A stretch of DNA of 64,000 bases. Origin: an uncultured Trueperaceae bacterium (GTDB lineage Bacteria > Deinococcota > Deinococci > Deinococcales > Trueperaceae). Positions 10,556 to 21,780 of the stretch are shown here, in pieces. The stretch spans positions 96,001-160,000 of the forward strand of contig CAVSGP010000002.1 of NCBI GenBank assembly GCA_963727505.1. The letters run 5' to 3'. Below the pieces are notes generated by a model. It saw only the letters and a program-made list of their open reading frames with translations, had not been told where the DNA came from and searched no databases. The first letter of the stretch is position 1, and every line of letters begins with the position of its first letter. A program made the position numbers and the translations under genes.

Positions 10556-12010
10556 ATGAGCGAACGGACCGTGACGCTGGGCATCGACGTCGGAACGAGC
10601 GGCCTAAAGGCTGTCGCGGTCGACGACCGCGGCGAGCAGCGCCTCGAGGTCGACCGCGGCTACCCGCTCCTCACACCCAGGCCGGGCTGGACCGAGCAAC
10701 GGCCCGAGGCGTGGTGGAGAGCTGCTTGTGACGCGCTGCAAGAGCTGATCACGCGCCTCGAGGGCACCGAGGTCACGGCCGTCGGACTGACCGGTCAGAT
10801 GCACGGCATGGTGCCGCTGGACGGCGCGGGCGACGTCATCCGGCCCGCCATCTTATGGAACGACCAGCGCACCGGCGACGCCGTGAGAGAGATCGGAGAG
10901 GCCGTCGACCGCGCCACGCTCATCCGCCGCGGCGGCAACCCCGCGATCACCGGCTTCCAGCTCGCCAAGGTGGTGTGGTTGCGCCGCGCCGAGCCGGAGG
11001 CCTATGCGCGCCTCCGAACGGTGCTGTTCCCGAAGGACTACCTCGACCTGCGCCTGACGGGCCGTGCGGTGGCGGAGCCCAGCGACGCGTCCGGGTCCAA
11101 CGCCTTCGACCTGACCCGCGGCGTCTGGGACGAGGAGTTGCTGGGCGCACTCGGCATCGACCCCGGCCTCTATCCCGAGGTGGTCGCGTCCGACGCCGTG
11201 GTGGGCGCCGTCACGCCCGAGGCCGCCGCCCTCACGGGCCTGCGCGCGGGCGTGCCAGTGGTCGCCGGCGCGGGCGACAACGCCGCCGCAGCCACAGGCC
11301 TGGGCCTGTCCAGCGCGGACATGGGCCTCGGCAGCGTGTCCCTGGGCACCTCCGGCGTGCTGTTCGCGCCGCTCAGCGAACCCACCCCCGACCCGCGCGG
11401 CCGCGTCCACCTTTTCGCGCACGCCGACGGCGGCTACTACCTGCTGGGGGTCACGCTGGCCGCCGCCGGCTCGCTGCAGTGGGTGCACGACACCCTCTTC
11501 CCGGAGCTGACCTTCGAGGAGCTCTCGAGCCTGGCGGAAACGAGCCCGGCCGGGGCGAACGGCGCGACCTTCCAGCCCTACCTGGCAGGCGAGCGCACCC
11601 CCTACATGGACCCGACGCTGCGCGGCGCCTGGCGCGGCCTGACGCTGGCGACGGGCCGCGCCGACCTGGTGAGGGCAGTGCTCGAGGGCGTGACGTTCAG
11701 CCAACGCGACGCTTTGGAGGTGATGCGCCCGCTGGCCGGACTCGGCCGTGTGCTGGCGACCGGTGGCGGGAGTCGCTCGCCGTTCTGGTTGCAGCTCCTG
11801 GCCGACGCACTCGAGTTGCCGTTGACCCAGCTCGCCGGCGCTCCCGGCGCCGCTTACGGCGCGGCGTTGCTGGCGCGGCGCGGCACCGGCGGCGACATCA
11901 CGCCGCGGCTCGAGGCGGTGGCGCCGTTCGAGCCCGCACCGAACGCGGGATTGCGTGAAGCCTACGAACGCTACCGGGCGTGGTCGCCCGGACCGCTCGT
12001 CGAACCCTGA
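10556..12010 (+). CDS. xylB: Xylulokinase (FGGY kinase)
   Basis: GIDVGTSG, GQMHG, ILWNDQR, GDNAAAA and YLAGERTP motifs. AAGGAG RBS. Confidence 0.88.
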   Translation: MSERTVTLGIDVGTSGLKAVAVDDRGEQRLEVDRGYPLLTPRPGWTEQRPEAWWRAACDALQELITRLEGTEVTAVGLTGQMHGMVPLDGAGDVIRPAILWNDQRTGDAVREIGEAVDRATLIRRGGNPAITGFQLAKVVWLRRAEPEAYARLRTVLFPKDYLDLRLTGRAVAEPSDASGSNAFDLTRGVWDEELLGALGIDPGLYPEVVASDAVVGAVTPEAAALTGLRAGVPVVAGAGDNAAAATGLGLSSADMGLGSVSLGTSGVLFAPLSEPTPDPRGRVHLFAHADGGYYLLGVTLAAAGSLQWVHDTLFPELTFEELSSLAETSPAGANGATFQPYLAGERTPYMDPTLRGAWRGLTLATGRADLVRAVLEGVTFSQRDALEVMRPLAGLGRVLATGGGSRSPFWLQLLADALELPLTQLAGAPGAAYGAALLARRGTGGDITPRLEAVAPFEPAPNAGLREAYERYRAWSPGPLVEP

Positions 12011-12951
12011 GGACGGGCCGGCGCGAAACGGCGGGCGAGTGCGAGCACGACGCCTTCCAACGCCCATTCCGGGTCGCCACCGCTCTTGGCGCGCCCGTCA
12101 GCGTCGAGGAGCAGGTGCAGCGCTTCGCGCAGACTCGTCTCGTCGAAATGCTCGGCGATGGCGAGCGCACGGCGCGCCGCGGCGGGGTGGCCGCCGAGGG
12201 CCGCGGCGGCGCGGCGAGCATCCACCTCGGGCTCGGCGGCGCGCTGCGCCACCGCCCGGGCGACCAGCCCGAATTGCCACGTCAGCGCTCCGAACACTCG
12301 CTGCGGGGCCTCGCCGCGCTCGAGCAAGGTGCGCGCCACCGACAGCGCGCCGGCGGCGTCCCCGGCCACCACCCGTTCGATCAGGTCGAAGGCGTTGCGC
12401 GCCGCGGGCCTGTTGGCCAGCTCGCGCACACGACCGGCGTCGACCTCCTCGTCGAGCACCGCCAGCTTGGTGATCTCCGAGGCGATGGCGGCCGGATCCT
12501 CGCCGAACAGGTCCGCCAGCGCCTGGGGGACGTCGCGCGAGAAGCGCACGCCGGCGTCCTTCAGCTCCGACGCGACCCAGCGCGGAAGCCGTTCGTAACG
12601 CGGCGCGGGTCGGTGGTCGAGCGTCCCGAGCACGCGGTAGCGCTTCTGCCTTGCGGGGGTCGCGGCGCTGTCGAGCACGACCACGAGCGCCCCCTCGTCG
12701 AGGCCTTCGAGGGCCGCCATGGCCTCGTTACGCGGTTGTACGCCGGCCTGACCGCGGAAGGCCTCGTCGAAGTCGAGGAACAGCGCGACCTGGCCGAAGA
12801 GCCCACCCTGGGAGGAAGCACGCTTCACTTCCGCGGGGTCGAGCCCCTCCCCGAAGGACACGATCTCGCCTGCGCTCACGCCGCGCTCGGCGAGGGCAGA
12901 GCGCGCGGCCCGGCGCGCCAGGAAGGGATCTCCGCTGAAGGTCAGGATCAC
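11971..12951 (-). CDS. holA: DNA polymerase III delta subunit
   Basis: GDPFL N-terminus, SEITKL, AFDLIE and LLLDADGRAKSG C-terminus. Lies downstream of comEC. Confidence 0.85.
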   Translation of the reverse strand: MILTFSGDPFLARRAARSALAERGVSAGEIVSFGEGLDPAEVKRASSQGGLFGQVALFLDFDEAFRGQAGVQPRNEAMAALEGLDEGALVVVLDSAATPARQKRYRVLGTLDHRPAPRYERLPRWVASELKDAGVRFSRDVPQALADLFGEDPAAIASEITKLAVLDEEVDAGRVRELANRPAARNAFDLIERVVAGDAAGALSVARTLLERGEAPQRVFGALTWQFGLVARAVAQRAAEPEVDARRAAAALGGHPAAARRALAIAEHFDETSLREALHLLLDADGRAKSGGDPEWALEGVVLALARRFAPARPQGSTSGPGDHAR

Positions 12952-12964
12952 GGGCGGTGGGCGT

Positions 12965-13714
12965 TCAGGCGTGGCTGGGGACCAGGCTCAGCGCGTCCAG
13001 CATGGCGCGCGCGCTCCCGAAGCGCTCGTCGGGGTCGCGACTCAGCCCGCGGTGCACGACGTCCTCGAGGCCCTGCGCCCGGTCGGGCAAGGCATCGAGC
13101 GGCACGCGGTCGTCTCCGGCCAGGAAGCGCAACACCTGCCGCCCGTAGGGCGGGGCGCCGCTCAGCATGTGGTAGAGGACGGCAGCCGTGGCGTAGAGAT
13201 CGGAGCGGGGATCGGTGCGCACCCCCTGGAACTGCTCCGGCGCCATGTAGTTCGGGGTTCCGAGGGCCATGTGCTGGCCCGTGATGGCGGTGAGCGCCAG
13301 GTCCTTGGCGAAGCCGAAGTCGGTCAGAAGCGCGCGCTCCCCCTTGATGAGGATGTTACCCGGCTTGACGTCGAGGTGGATGATGCCCTCGCCGTGGGCG
13401 TAGTCCAGCGCCGCCAGAACGTCCCGCGCGATCTTGAGACTGCGGCGGACCGGTAGCGGACCGCGCTCCAGTGCTTCGGCCAGGCTCACGCCCGGGCAGT
13501 AGGCATAGACCAGAGCGCCGTCCTCGGCGCCGAGGAGGGACACGATGTTGTCGTGTTGTAGCCTTCCGACGACCTCTGCTTCGCGCCGAAGGCGCTCCCC
13601 AAGCACAGGGTTGCTGCCCCGCAGGCGCTTCACGACCACGAGCCGGTCCCGCCAGCGGGCGAGCTCGACCTTGATCGGGCCCTGCTCGGCCAGCACGCGA
13701 ACGGTCGTGAGCAT
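12965..13714 (-). CDS. Minimal Hanks-type Ser/Thr protein kinase (249 aa)
   Basis: VVVK, HLDVKPGN, DFG, GTPNYMAPE and SDLY motifs. ATG at 13714 with TAGATT 7 nt upstream. Confidence 0.9.
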   Translation of the reverse strand: MLTTVRVLAEQGPIKVELARWRDRLVVVKRLRGSNPVLGERLRREAEVVGRLQHDNIVSLLGAEDGALVYAYCPGVSLAEALERGPLPVRRSLKIARDVLAALDYAHGEGIIHLDVKPGNILIKGERALLTDFGFAKDLALTAITGQHMALGTPNYMAPEQFQGVRTDPRSDLYATAAVLYHMLSGAPPYGRQVLRFLAGDDRVPLDALPDRAQGLEDVVHRGLSRDPDERFGSARAMLDALSLVPSHA

Positions 13715-13884
13715 TGTGAACAATCTATCACACGCGCCGGAAACCGTCCTGGACTGCGCCCCTGCTCGTGCCATCGAAGCCCCCCGTTTCCTTCACGGTG
13801 CAGCAAAACCGTCCCCAACGGTGATTATCCAAGGTCCCTCTACAAATAAGCTACCAGACGCGAACCCGGGGAATGTGACGGGCA

Positions 13885-16152
13885 TCACCGCCGCGTCTCC
13901 TCCTGGACGGTGCCGGTGATGCCCCTCGGGCCGCTCGGGGACAGCGGCAGGCGCAACGCGCCCCTCCGCTGCGTGCTGAGAACGTGTACGCCTCGAGCCG
14001 CAAGCCGCGCCAGCACGCCGGGGTCGGGGTGCCCGTAGCGGTTCTCGCCCACCGACACGACCGCGAACCGTGGATGGGAGGCTCGAAGCAGCGCCTCGGA
14101 GGTGCTGAAGCGCGAGCCGTGGTGCGCCACCTTGAGCACCGGCACGTGCGGCACCGCCAGCTTGCGCTCGACCGAGGCCGGGGCGTCCCCGAGCATGAGC
14201 ACCTGCGGGGCACCGCCGAGGCGAACCACCAGCACGATCGAGTTCTCGTTGGTGGTGGGCTGCGGGCGCGCGCCGGGGTGAAGCACGTCGATCTCGGCCT
14301 CGTTGACGCCGCTTCCCAGGATCCAGCGCTCCCCGCGTACCGCACGGTGCACCGGGATCCCCCGCGCCCGCGCGATCCCGCGCAGACGCCGGTCGATGGC
14401 AGCGTCGGGCCAGGCCGGCCCCATCACCAGGGTGCCGACCGGGAGCGCCTGGAGCACCGTCGCCAGCCCCTCGACGTGATCGAGATCAGGGTGGGTGGCG
14501 ACCACCACATCGAGCGCGTGCACGCCCAGGGCGCGCAACGCCGGCAGCACCACATCCGCCCCGATGTCGCGCTCCGAGAACGGGGTGCCGCCGCCGTCGA
14601 CGAGCACCTCCATGCGGCCGGGAAGGCGCACCAGGGTGGCATCGCCTTGCCCCACGTCCAGGAACACCACCTCGGGCGGCGCGTGGGCCGGGGGCACGGC
14701 CGCGCTGACCGTGCCCGCACACAGCGCCACCAGCAGCGCACGCCAGGGACGCAGGAACCCGTGCAGGGCGAGAACGCCGCCGGCGAGCGCCACGGCGTAG
14801 CAGCCGTGGCCCAGCGCCTCGACCTCGCCCCAGGCCAGGTGCGGCAGCCGCGCACCGAACGTGGCGACGCCAAGCAGCAACGACGCCAGCGGACCGACGA
14901 GGTGGTTCACGAGCCCTGCGGCGCCGGGCGCCGCCACGCCCACGGTGGCGGCCAGGAACCCGAGCGGCACCAGAACCCCCGCCAGCGGTACCGCCACGAG
15001 GTTCACCAGCGGCGACGCCAGCGGCACCCGGCCGAAGCTGCCAGCCACCAGGGAGAGGCTGGGCAGCTGCGCCGCGGTGCTCACCAGGAGTGCTGCGACG
15101 AGCCCCCGGCGCACGCGGGACGCGTGGGACGGCTGCCGCGGATCAGGGCCAAGCGCCAGACGCAGGAGTGGGGGAGCGAACAGCAACATGCCGGCCACGG
15201 CGAGGTAGGAGAGCTGGAACGAGGCGTCGGCGAGCTGCGCCGGTGCCAGCAGTAGCGAGACGGTGGCCGCCAACGCCAGCGACGGCCACGCCTGGATGCG
15301 CCCGTATCCCGCCGCCAGACCGGCCAGGCCCGCCAGCACCATGAGGGCGGCGCGCACGACGCTCGGGGTGGGCCCTACCAGCGCCACGTAGGCGATGGTG
15401 GCGACGGCGAGCACCGGGTAGCGCCGGCGCCCCAGCCCGACCAGGGCGCGGCCCAGGGCAGCTACCAGCACCCCCACGTGCAGGCCGGAGAGTGCCAGGA
15501 CGTGCGCCAGCCCGGCAGCTGCGAAGCGGCCTCGCAGATCGCCCAGGTCGTCGCGCACGCCCAGCGTCATGGCCTCCATCAGCGCCGCCTGGTCCGGGCC
15601 CAGCCCACGCGTGGCGCCGTGCCGGAAGCGCTCGAGGAGCGGTGTGGAGGGCGCCGCGGCGACCACCTGGCGGACCAGGAGCTGCCCCTCGATGCCACGC
15701 CGTGCAAGGTAACCGCGGTAGTCGAAGCCGCCCGGGTTGCGTCGGACCCGTGCCCGCACCACCCGTCCCCGCACCGTCACGCGCCCGGCCGGCACGAGCC
15801 CAGCCGGGGCCAGCGCCAGCCGCAGGCCGCGGGGAGACGCCAGCCGCAGCACGCGGCCGTCGCTGTACCCGCGGTAGACCGCCACCTCGCCCAGGAGCGG
15901 CGCCACCCGATCGGGCCGCATCTGCCACGCCCACAACCGCAGGCCCCCGGCGAGGACGCCCACGGCGATCAGCAGCAACCAACCGCTACCGGGGCCACGA
16001 CGGACGATGGCCCCCGCCAACCCCGCGGCGCCGAAGGCGAGCGCGAGCAGCGGGGCCACGGACGCCAGCGCTACCCCGCCGACGACGCCGGCGGCGAGCG
16101 GCAGCGCCCACGGCGCGAAACGGGGCCCGCTCGATGCCGCCGCCACCATCAC
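13885..16152 (-). CDS. comEC: DNA uptake channel ComEC/Rec2
   Basis: [40 protein letters not shown] and NRYGHP motifs. GTG overlaps the comEA stop (GTGA). Confidence 0.93.
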   Translation of the reverse strand: MMVAAASSGPRFAPWALPLAAGVVGGVALASVAPLLALAFGAAGLAGAIVRRGPGSGWLLLIAVGVLAGGLRLWAWQMRPDRVAPLLGEVAVYRGYSDGRVLRLASPRGLRLALAPAGLVPAGRVTVRGRVVRARVRRNPGGFDYRGYLARRGIEGQLLVRQVVAAAPSTPLLERFRHGATRGLGPDQAALMEAMTLGVRDDLGDLRGRFAAAGLAHVLALSGLHVGVLVAALGRALVGLGRRRYPVLAVATIAYVALVGPTPSVVRAALMVLAGLAGLAAGYGRIQAWPSLALAATVSLLLAPAQLADASFQLSYLAVAGMLLFAPPLLRLALGPDPRQPSHASRVRRGLVAALLVSTAAQLPSLSLVAGSFGRVPLASPLVNLVAVPLAGVLVPLGFLAATVGVAAPGAAGLVNHLVGPLASLLLGVATFGARLPHLAWGEVEALGHGCYAVALAGGVLALHGFLRPWRALLVALCAGTVSAAVPPAHAPPEVVFLDVGQGDATLVRLPGRMEVLVDGGGTPFSERDIGADVVLPALRALGVHALDVVVATHPDLDHVEGLATVLQALPVGTLVMGPAWPDAAIDRRLRGIARARGIPVHRAVRGERWILGSGVNEAEIDVLHPGARPQPTTNENSIVLVVRLGGAPQVLMLGDAPASVERKLAVPHVPVLKVAHHGSRFSTSEALLRASHPRFAVVSVGENRYGHPDPGVLARLAARGVHVLSTQRRGALRLPLSPSGPRGITGTVQEETRR

Positions 16153-16646
16153 AGCCGCACCCGCGGCCGGAGCGCGGCCAGCGTCTTGGGACCGATGCCG
16201 GGCACCCTCAACAGGTCGTCCACGGTGGCGAAGGGACGTGCCTCCACGATGCGCCGCGCCAGCGCCGGCCCGATGCCGGGCAGTCGGGTGAGCACCTCCA
16301 CGCCGGCCTCGTTGAGGCGCACCCGCGGGTCGCCGCCCTCGGCGCGCTCTCGCGGTACCTGCACGACCTCGCCGTCGGTCAGCGGATCGGCCAGCGCGAC
16401 CAGCTCGCGCGCCGCGCCGGGCAGCAGCCCTCCGGCGGCGCCGACCAGGTCGGCCACACGCGCGCCCCACGGAAGCCCGTAGGCGCCTGGGCTCTTCACG
16501 GCCCCCTCGACGGAGACGGTGATGTCGGGCCGCTCGACGCGCAGGGGCGCGGGCCGCTCCGTCAGGCGCGGAAGCACGGTGCCCGCCGCCAGGATCGTGC
16601 AGGCGGCGAGCAGCGCCACGGTGAGGATGGTCTCGCCGACGCGCAT
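16149..16646 (-). CDS. comEA: DNA-binding competence protein ComEA
   Basis: N-terminal TM helix, SLBB-like VEGAVKSPG segment, and HhH motifs LPGIGP and VPGIGP. Confidence 0.92.
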   Translation of the reverse strand: MRVGETILTVALLAACTILAAGTVLPRLTERPAPLRVERPDITVSVEGAVKSPGAYGLPWGARVADLVGAAGGLLPGAARELVALADPLTDGEVVQVPRERAEGGDPRVRLNEAGVEVLTRLPGIGPALARRIVEARPFATVDDLLRVPGIGPKTLAALRPRVRL

Positions 16647-16715
16647 GGCTCAGGCTAGGCGCAACGGGCGCGCCACGCGCCGGCGTGCCGGCCGGCTGCC
16701 CAGCGCCCCTCGGCA

Positions 16716-16749
16716 TGAGAAGGGCCGGAGCGCCGCTGCGCTCCGGCCC
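16716..16749 (-). terminator. Probable intrinsic terminator of sodA
   Basis: Perfect 12-bp stem GGGCCGGAGCGC/GCGCTCCGGCCC (16722-16749) with a 4-nt loop and only a short TTCT tail on the minus strand. Confidence 0.55.
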
Positions 16750-16799
16750 CACCGGACCCGGATCCGCCGCCCGAATGGCGGCGTCAACTCAACGTCGGG

Positions 16800-17411
<612 letters not shown>

Positions 17412-17535
17412 GCTTCTCCTCCCGTGCATGCGTGGGAATGTCGGGGCGAACCGGATGTGCCTCCGGATTGGGTTGAGTCTAGCAGTTGTGTGTCAGACCG
17501 CGTTTTCCGAGCCAACATTGGAGCGCTCGCGCGCC

Positions 17536-18057
<522 letters not shown>

Positions 18058-18118
18058 GGCGACCTCCCTCGAACGAGCTCAGCCCATCGCCCTGCCACAA
18101 CCCTTGGAAGCGCCGCGT

Positions 18119-19138
18119 TCAGTCGACGAGGCGCACCACGACGCGGCCCACGGTGGCGCCGACGAGGATGTCCTCGATGGCGGCCTCGAGCCCGTCGAGC
18201 GTCACTTCGGTGACCAGTCCCGGCACGTCCACCAGGCCTTCCAGACGCCATGCGCCGGCGAGCCGCCCCCACATCGCCAGCCGCTGCTCCATGGCGTAGT
18301 GCTGCGAGTCGATCCCGAGCAGCGCCACACCGCGCAGGATGAACGGGAACACGCTAACGTTCAGGTCCGCCCCGCCCACCATGCCGCAGGCGGCCACGGC
18401 GCCGCCGATGGCGGTCCGCTTGAGCAGTCCCGCGAGCGTGTTGCCGCCGACGGTGTCGATGCCGCCTCCGTACAGCCCCTTGAGCATGGGTCGCGCGGTG
18501 GGGGCCGCGAGCGCGTCGCGCTCCAACACCTCTTCGGCTCCGAGATGCTCGAGCATCGCATGGGCCCGCTGCGTGCCGGTGCTGGCGACCACGCGATAGC
18601 CCGCCTTCGCCAGCAGCGCCACCGCCAGCGTCCCCACGCCGCCGGATGCGCCGGTCACCACGAAGGGCCCGCGTTCGGGTGTGGCGCCCACGCGCTGCAG
18701 CAGCTCGAGCCCGATGGCCGCCGTCAGGCCGGCGGTCCCCAGCACCATGGCGTCCCGCTCGTCGAGACCGTCGGGAAGCGGGACCAGCCAGTCGCCGGGC
18801 ACCCGGATCAGCTCGCCGAACCCGCCCGGCGTGCCCATCCCCAGGTCGAAGCCGGTGCACAGCACGCGGTCGCCCGGCGCGAAGCGCGGATCGCGCGACG
18901 CCAGCACGGTCCCGGCCGCGTCGATGCCGGGCGTGTGCGGGTAGGTGCGCGTCACACCACGGTCGCCGCTGGCCGACAGGGCGTCCTTGTAGTTGAGCGC
19001 GGAGTACGCCACCCGCACGGTGACGGGGTGGTCGGGCAGGATGTCGGTGGCGACCCGCGCCACGGAGCGGTGGGCCCGTTCGCCCTCCAGCTCGACACGC
19101 AGCGCGCGGAAGGTGGCGGGCACGTCGATGGCGGCCAT
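18119..19138 (-). CDS. YhdH/AcuI family NADPH oxidoreductase (MDR)
   Basis: LNYKDAL, PGIDAAG, GTAGLTA, VTGASGGVG and PFILRGV motifs. Confidence 0.9.
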   Translation of the reverse strand: MAAIDVPATFRALRVELEGERAHRSVARVATDILPDHPVTVRVAYSALNYKDALSASGDRGVTRTYPHTPGIDAAGTVLASRDPRFAPGDRVLCTGFDLGMGTPGGFGELIRVPGDWLVPLPDGLDERDAMVLGTAGLTAAIGLELLQRVGATPERGPFVVTGASGGVGTLAVALLAKAGYRVVASTGTQRAHAMLEHLGAEEVLERDALAAPTARPMLKGLYGGGIDTVGGNTLAGLLKRTAIGGAVAACGMVGGADLNVSVFPFILRGVALLGIDSQHYAMEQRLAMWGRLAGAWRLEGLVDVPGLVTEVTLDGLEAAIEDILVGATVGRVVVRLVD

Positions 19139-19234
19139 GGGCCCATGCTACCGCGTCCGCCGGGCCGCTCCGGATAGCGTGAGGGTCACGCCGAACGGGA
19201 CGCTTCTCACGCCGCCTCCTGTAGACTGCGGACC

Positions 19235-19909
19235 ATGAACCCGAGAAGGTTGACGCTCGTGACCGTCATCGTCGCGATCGTGGTGCTGGCGGCGGTGGTG
19301 GTCGTGCCGCGTCTCACCTCGAGCGGCACCCAGTCGACATCCTCCACCTCGAGCAGCTCGAGCGCGACCCTGACGTACGAAGGGCAGCCCTCCATCGGCG
19401 ACGCCAACGCACCGGTGACGATCGCGCTGTTCGAGGACTTCCTGTGCCCCCACTGCGCCGAGTTCAGCGACCAGGTGTGGCCGCAGATCAAGCGCGCCTA
19501 CATCGACACCGGCAAGGCCAGGGCCGTCTACTTCTACTTCCCCGTCATCGACCAGGTGCAATCGCGCGTCATCGGCGGGCTGGGCCAGTGCGTCTACCTG
19601 CAGAGCAACGACGACTTCTGGAATCTCGAGCAGATCCTGATGCGCACGCAGCAGCAGCTCATGAACACCGCCCGGGCCATCGACATCGCCACGCAGTACG
19701 CTCCCGACCTGAACCGACAGCAGCTCCAGACGTGCGTCGACGACGGCACCGGGGCGAAGGTGGTCGACAAGGACAATGCTCTGGGGCGCGGGCTGGGCGT
19801 CCAGGGAACGCCGACCGTGTTCGTCAACGGCAAGATGACCGCAAACGCGGGCTGGGATTCGGTCAAGAAGGCCATCGACGACGCCCTCGCGTCGTCGTCC
19901 GGCAGCTGA
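19235..19909 (+). CDS. DsbA/BdbD-like thiol-disulfide oxidoreductase
   Basis: N-terminal TM anchor, CPHC active site and GTPT cis-Pro loop. Confidence 0.9.
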   Translation: MNPRRLTLVTVIVAIVVLAAVVVVPRLTSSGTQSTSSTSSSSSATLTYEGQPSIGDANAPVTIALFEDFLCPHCAEFSDQVWPQIKRAYIDTGKARAVYFYFPVIDQVQSRVIGGLGQCVYLQSNDDFWNLEQILMRTQQQLMNTARAIDIATQYAPDLNRQQLQTCVDDGTGAKVVDKDNALGRGLGVQGTPTVFVNGKMTANAGWDSVKKAIDDALASSSGS

Positions 19910-20319
19910 TGCGCAGAGGCTCCAACCTCTACCTTGCATGGCTGGTGGCGCTCACCGCCACCCTGGGGAGCCTCTACTTCTCCGAGGTACGCCACTTCGT
20001 GCCCTGCACCCTGTGCTGGTACCAGCGCATCCTGATGTACCCGCTGGCGATCGTGCTGGGCATCGCCAGCTATCGGCAGGACGGCGCCGTGCGCGGCTAC
20101 GTCCTGCCGCTGTCGGTGCTCGGCATGGGCTTCGCCACCTACCACGTGCTCGAACAGAACGTCCCCGGTTTCGGCGCGCCGGCGCTGTGCCGCGCGGGCA
20201 TCCCCTGCAGCCTCCACTACATCCACTGGCTCGGCTTCATCACCATCCCGGTGCTGTCGCTGACGGCGTTCACCCTGATCACGGTGCTGCTCGCAACCAT
20301 GCGCGGCCGGCGGGCGTGA
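19909..20319 (+). CDS. DsbB/BdbC-like disulfide bond formation protein
   Basis: [16 protein letters not shown] and a second Cys pair. ATG overlaps the upstream TGA. Confidence 0.92.
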   Translation: MRRGSNLYLAWLVALTATLGSLYFSEVRHFVPCTLCWYQRILMYPLAIVLGIASYRQDGAVRGYVLPLSVLGMGFATYHVLEQNVPGFGAPALCRAGIPCSLHYIHWLGFITIPVLSLTAFTLITVLLATMRGRRA

Positions 20320-20786
20320 GCAACTACCGGCGCGCGCTGGCGTTCCACCTGCGCATCGGCGACCGGCCCCCGCGGGAACCACACGTCCCGGACGCCGACA
20401 CGCTGGCCCTGCGCCTCCGGTTGCTGCGCGAAGAGGGCCGGGAAGCCCAGCAAGCGCTCGGCGCGCTCGCGGCCCTGGCAGACACGCCGCGCACCGGTGC
20501 GCCGTCCGAAGAGGACGCGGACGCGCGCGCGGCCGCCGAGGCAGCCGCCGCCCACGAGCTGGCAGACCTCCTCTACGTCGCCTATGGCACCTTCGTGGCG
20601 CTGGGTATCGACGCCGACGAGGTCTTCGCGGAAGTGCACGAGGCCAACCTGCGCAAGATCGGCGCCCCGCGTCGCGCCGACGGCAAGCAGCTCAAGCCGG
20701 ACGGCTGGCGGCCGGCCGATGTCCCCGGCGTACTCGCGCGCCAACGCTCCGATGCCCGCCAGGGGCGCGCGATGGACGAGCTGTAG
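20316..20786 (+). CDS. MazG-like NTP pyrophosphohydrolase (DR2231 type)
   Basis: LLREE, HELADLLYVAYG, EVHEANLRK and DGKQLKP motifs. GTGA overlap with the upstream gene. Confidence 0.85.
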   Translation: MSNYRRALAFHLRIGDRPPREPHVPDADTLALRLRLLREEGREAQQALGALAALADTPRTGAPSEEDADARAAAEAAAAHELADLLYVAYGTFVALGIDADEVFAEVHEANLRKIGAPRRADGKQLKPDGWRPADVPGVLARQRSDARQGRAMDEL

Positions 20787-20804
20787 AGAACGCGGGTCGA
20801 TCGC

Positions 20805-21692
20805 TCAGGTCTCCGCGACCACCTCGACGCCGGGCCCGACCGGCGTTGGCGCCGTGAAGCGCTGCTCGAAACGCCGCTGGAACTCACGCCAGGCCGGCTC
20901 TCCGTGCGACCGGCCCTGCTCCTCGCACCACATCAGGAACGGGACCAGGTACGAGCGCGCATTGCGGAGCTCCTCGAGGAAGATCCGCGCGCTCAGACCG
21001 CCCTCCTCGAGATACCCGCTCGCCGCGAAGGCGTGCAGCGCCGCCTCCCGGTCGTAGGGCACGCGCCGGAACTGCGGCGTCCAGGCGCCCCCTTCCAACG
21101 TCAGAACCAGGTACTGCGCGCGCGGGTCGCCGTTGAACGGCGACCCGACCGCGCCGCTGTTGAGAACCAGGTAGTGGCCCCAACGACGCTGCAACGGGCG
21201 GTGGGTGTGGGAACCGACCAGCACGTCGGCCGGGTGCATCTGCGTGATCTCCGAGATCGCCTCGTCGGTGAGGTACTTTCCGTAGCCCTCGCGGTAGTGG
21301 CGGGGGCTGCCGTGCGAGATCAGCAGGCTCGGCGCGCCGGCCGTGGAGATGCGCAGCGTCATCGGCAGGTGCCGGATCGCCTCGATGAGACCGGCATCCT
21401 GCAGATGCCGGGCCGCCCATCCCGTGCTGGCCCAGAAGGGGTCGTCGAACCACTCTCCCGGCAGGTCCGGGTCGCGTTCGACCCACATGCGCATGAGGTC
21501 GTCGTGGTTGCCCAGGGTATCGCCCGTCGGCCGCTCTTCCAGCAGCCGCATGGCCGCAACGTTGGCGGGGCCGCGGTTGACCACGTCGCCGTTGACCACC
21601 ACACGATCGACACCGAGCGCGTCGATGTCCTCCAGCACAGCCTCTAGGGCCGGAACGTTGGCGTGGATGTCGGCGATGACGGCCACTCTCAC
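20805..21692 (-). CDS. Calcineurin-like metallophosphoesterase
   Basis: ADIHAN, GDVVNRGP, GNHD, HGSP, SHTH and NSGAVG motifs. Confidence 0.9.
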   Translation of the reverse strand: MRVAVIADIHANVPALEAVLEDIDALGVDRVVVNGDVVNRGPANVAAMRLLEERPTGDTLGNHDDLMRMWVERDPDLPGEWFDDPFWASTGWAARHLQDAGLIEAIRHLPMTLRISTAGAPSLLISHGSPRHYREGYGKYLTDEAISEITQMHPADVLVGSHTHRPLQRRWGHYLVLNSGAVGSPFNGDPRAQYLVLTLEGGAWTPQFRRVPYDREAALHAFAASGYLEEGGLSARIFLEELRNARSYLVPFLMWCEEQGRSHGEPAWREFQRRFEQRFTAPTPVGPGVEVVAET

Positions 21693-21780
21693 GGTGGACC
21701 ACTGTACCAGGGGCCCCGCCACCGCCGGATCCCAGCAAGGGTTCGAAAAGCCACGGATGACGTCCGCCCGCCAACCTACA

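Noticed and set aside
13885..16752. 955-aa ComEC with a long N-terminal extension
   Set aside because: The first 200 or so residues are an alternative frame over comEA. The real start is at the GTGA overlap (16152/16149).
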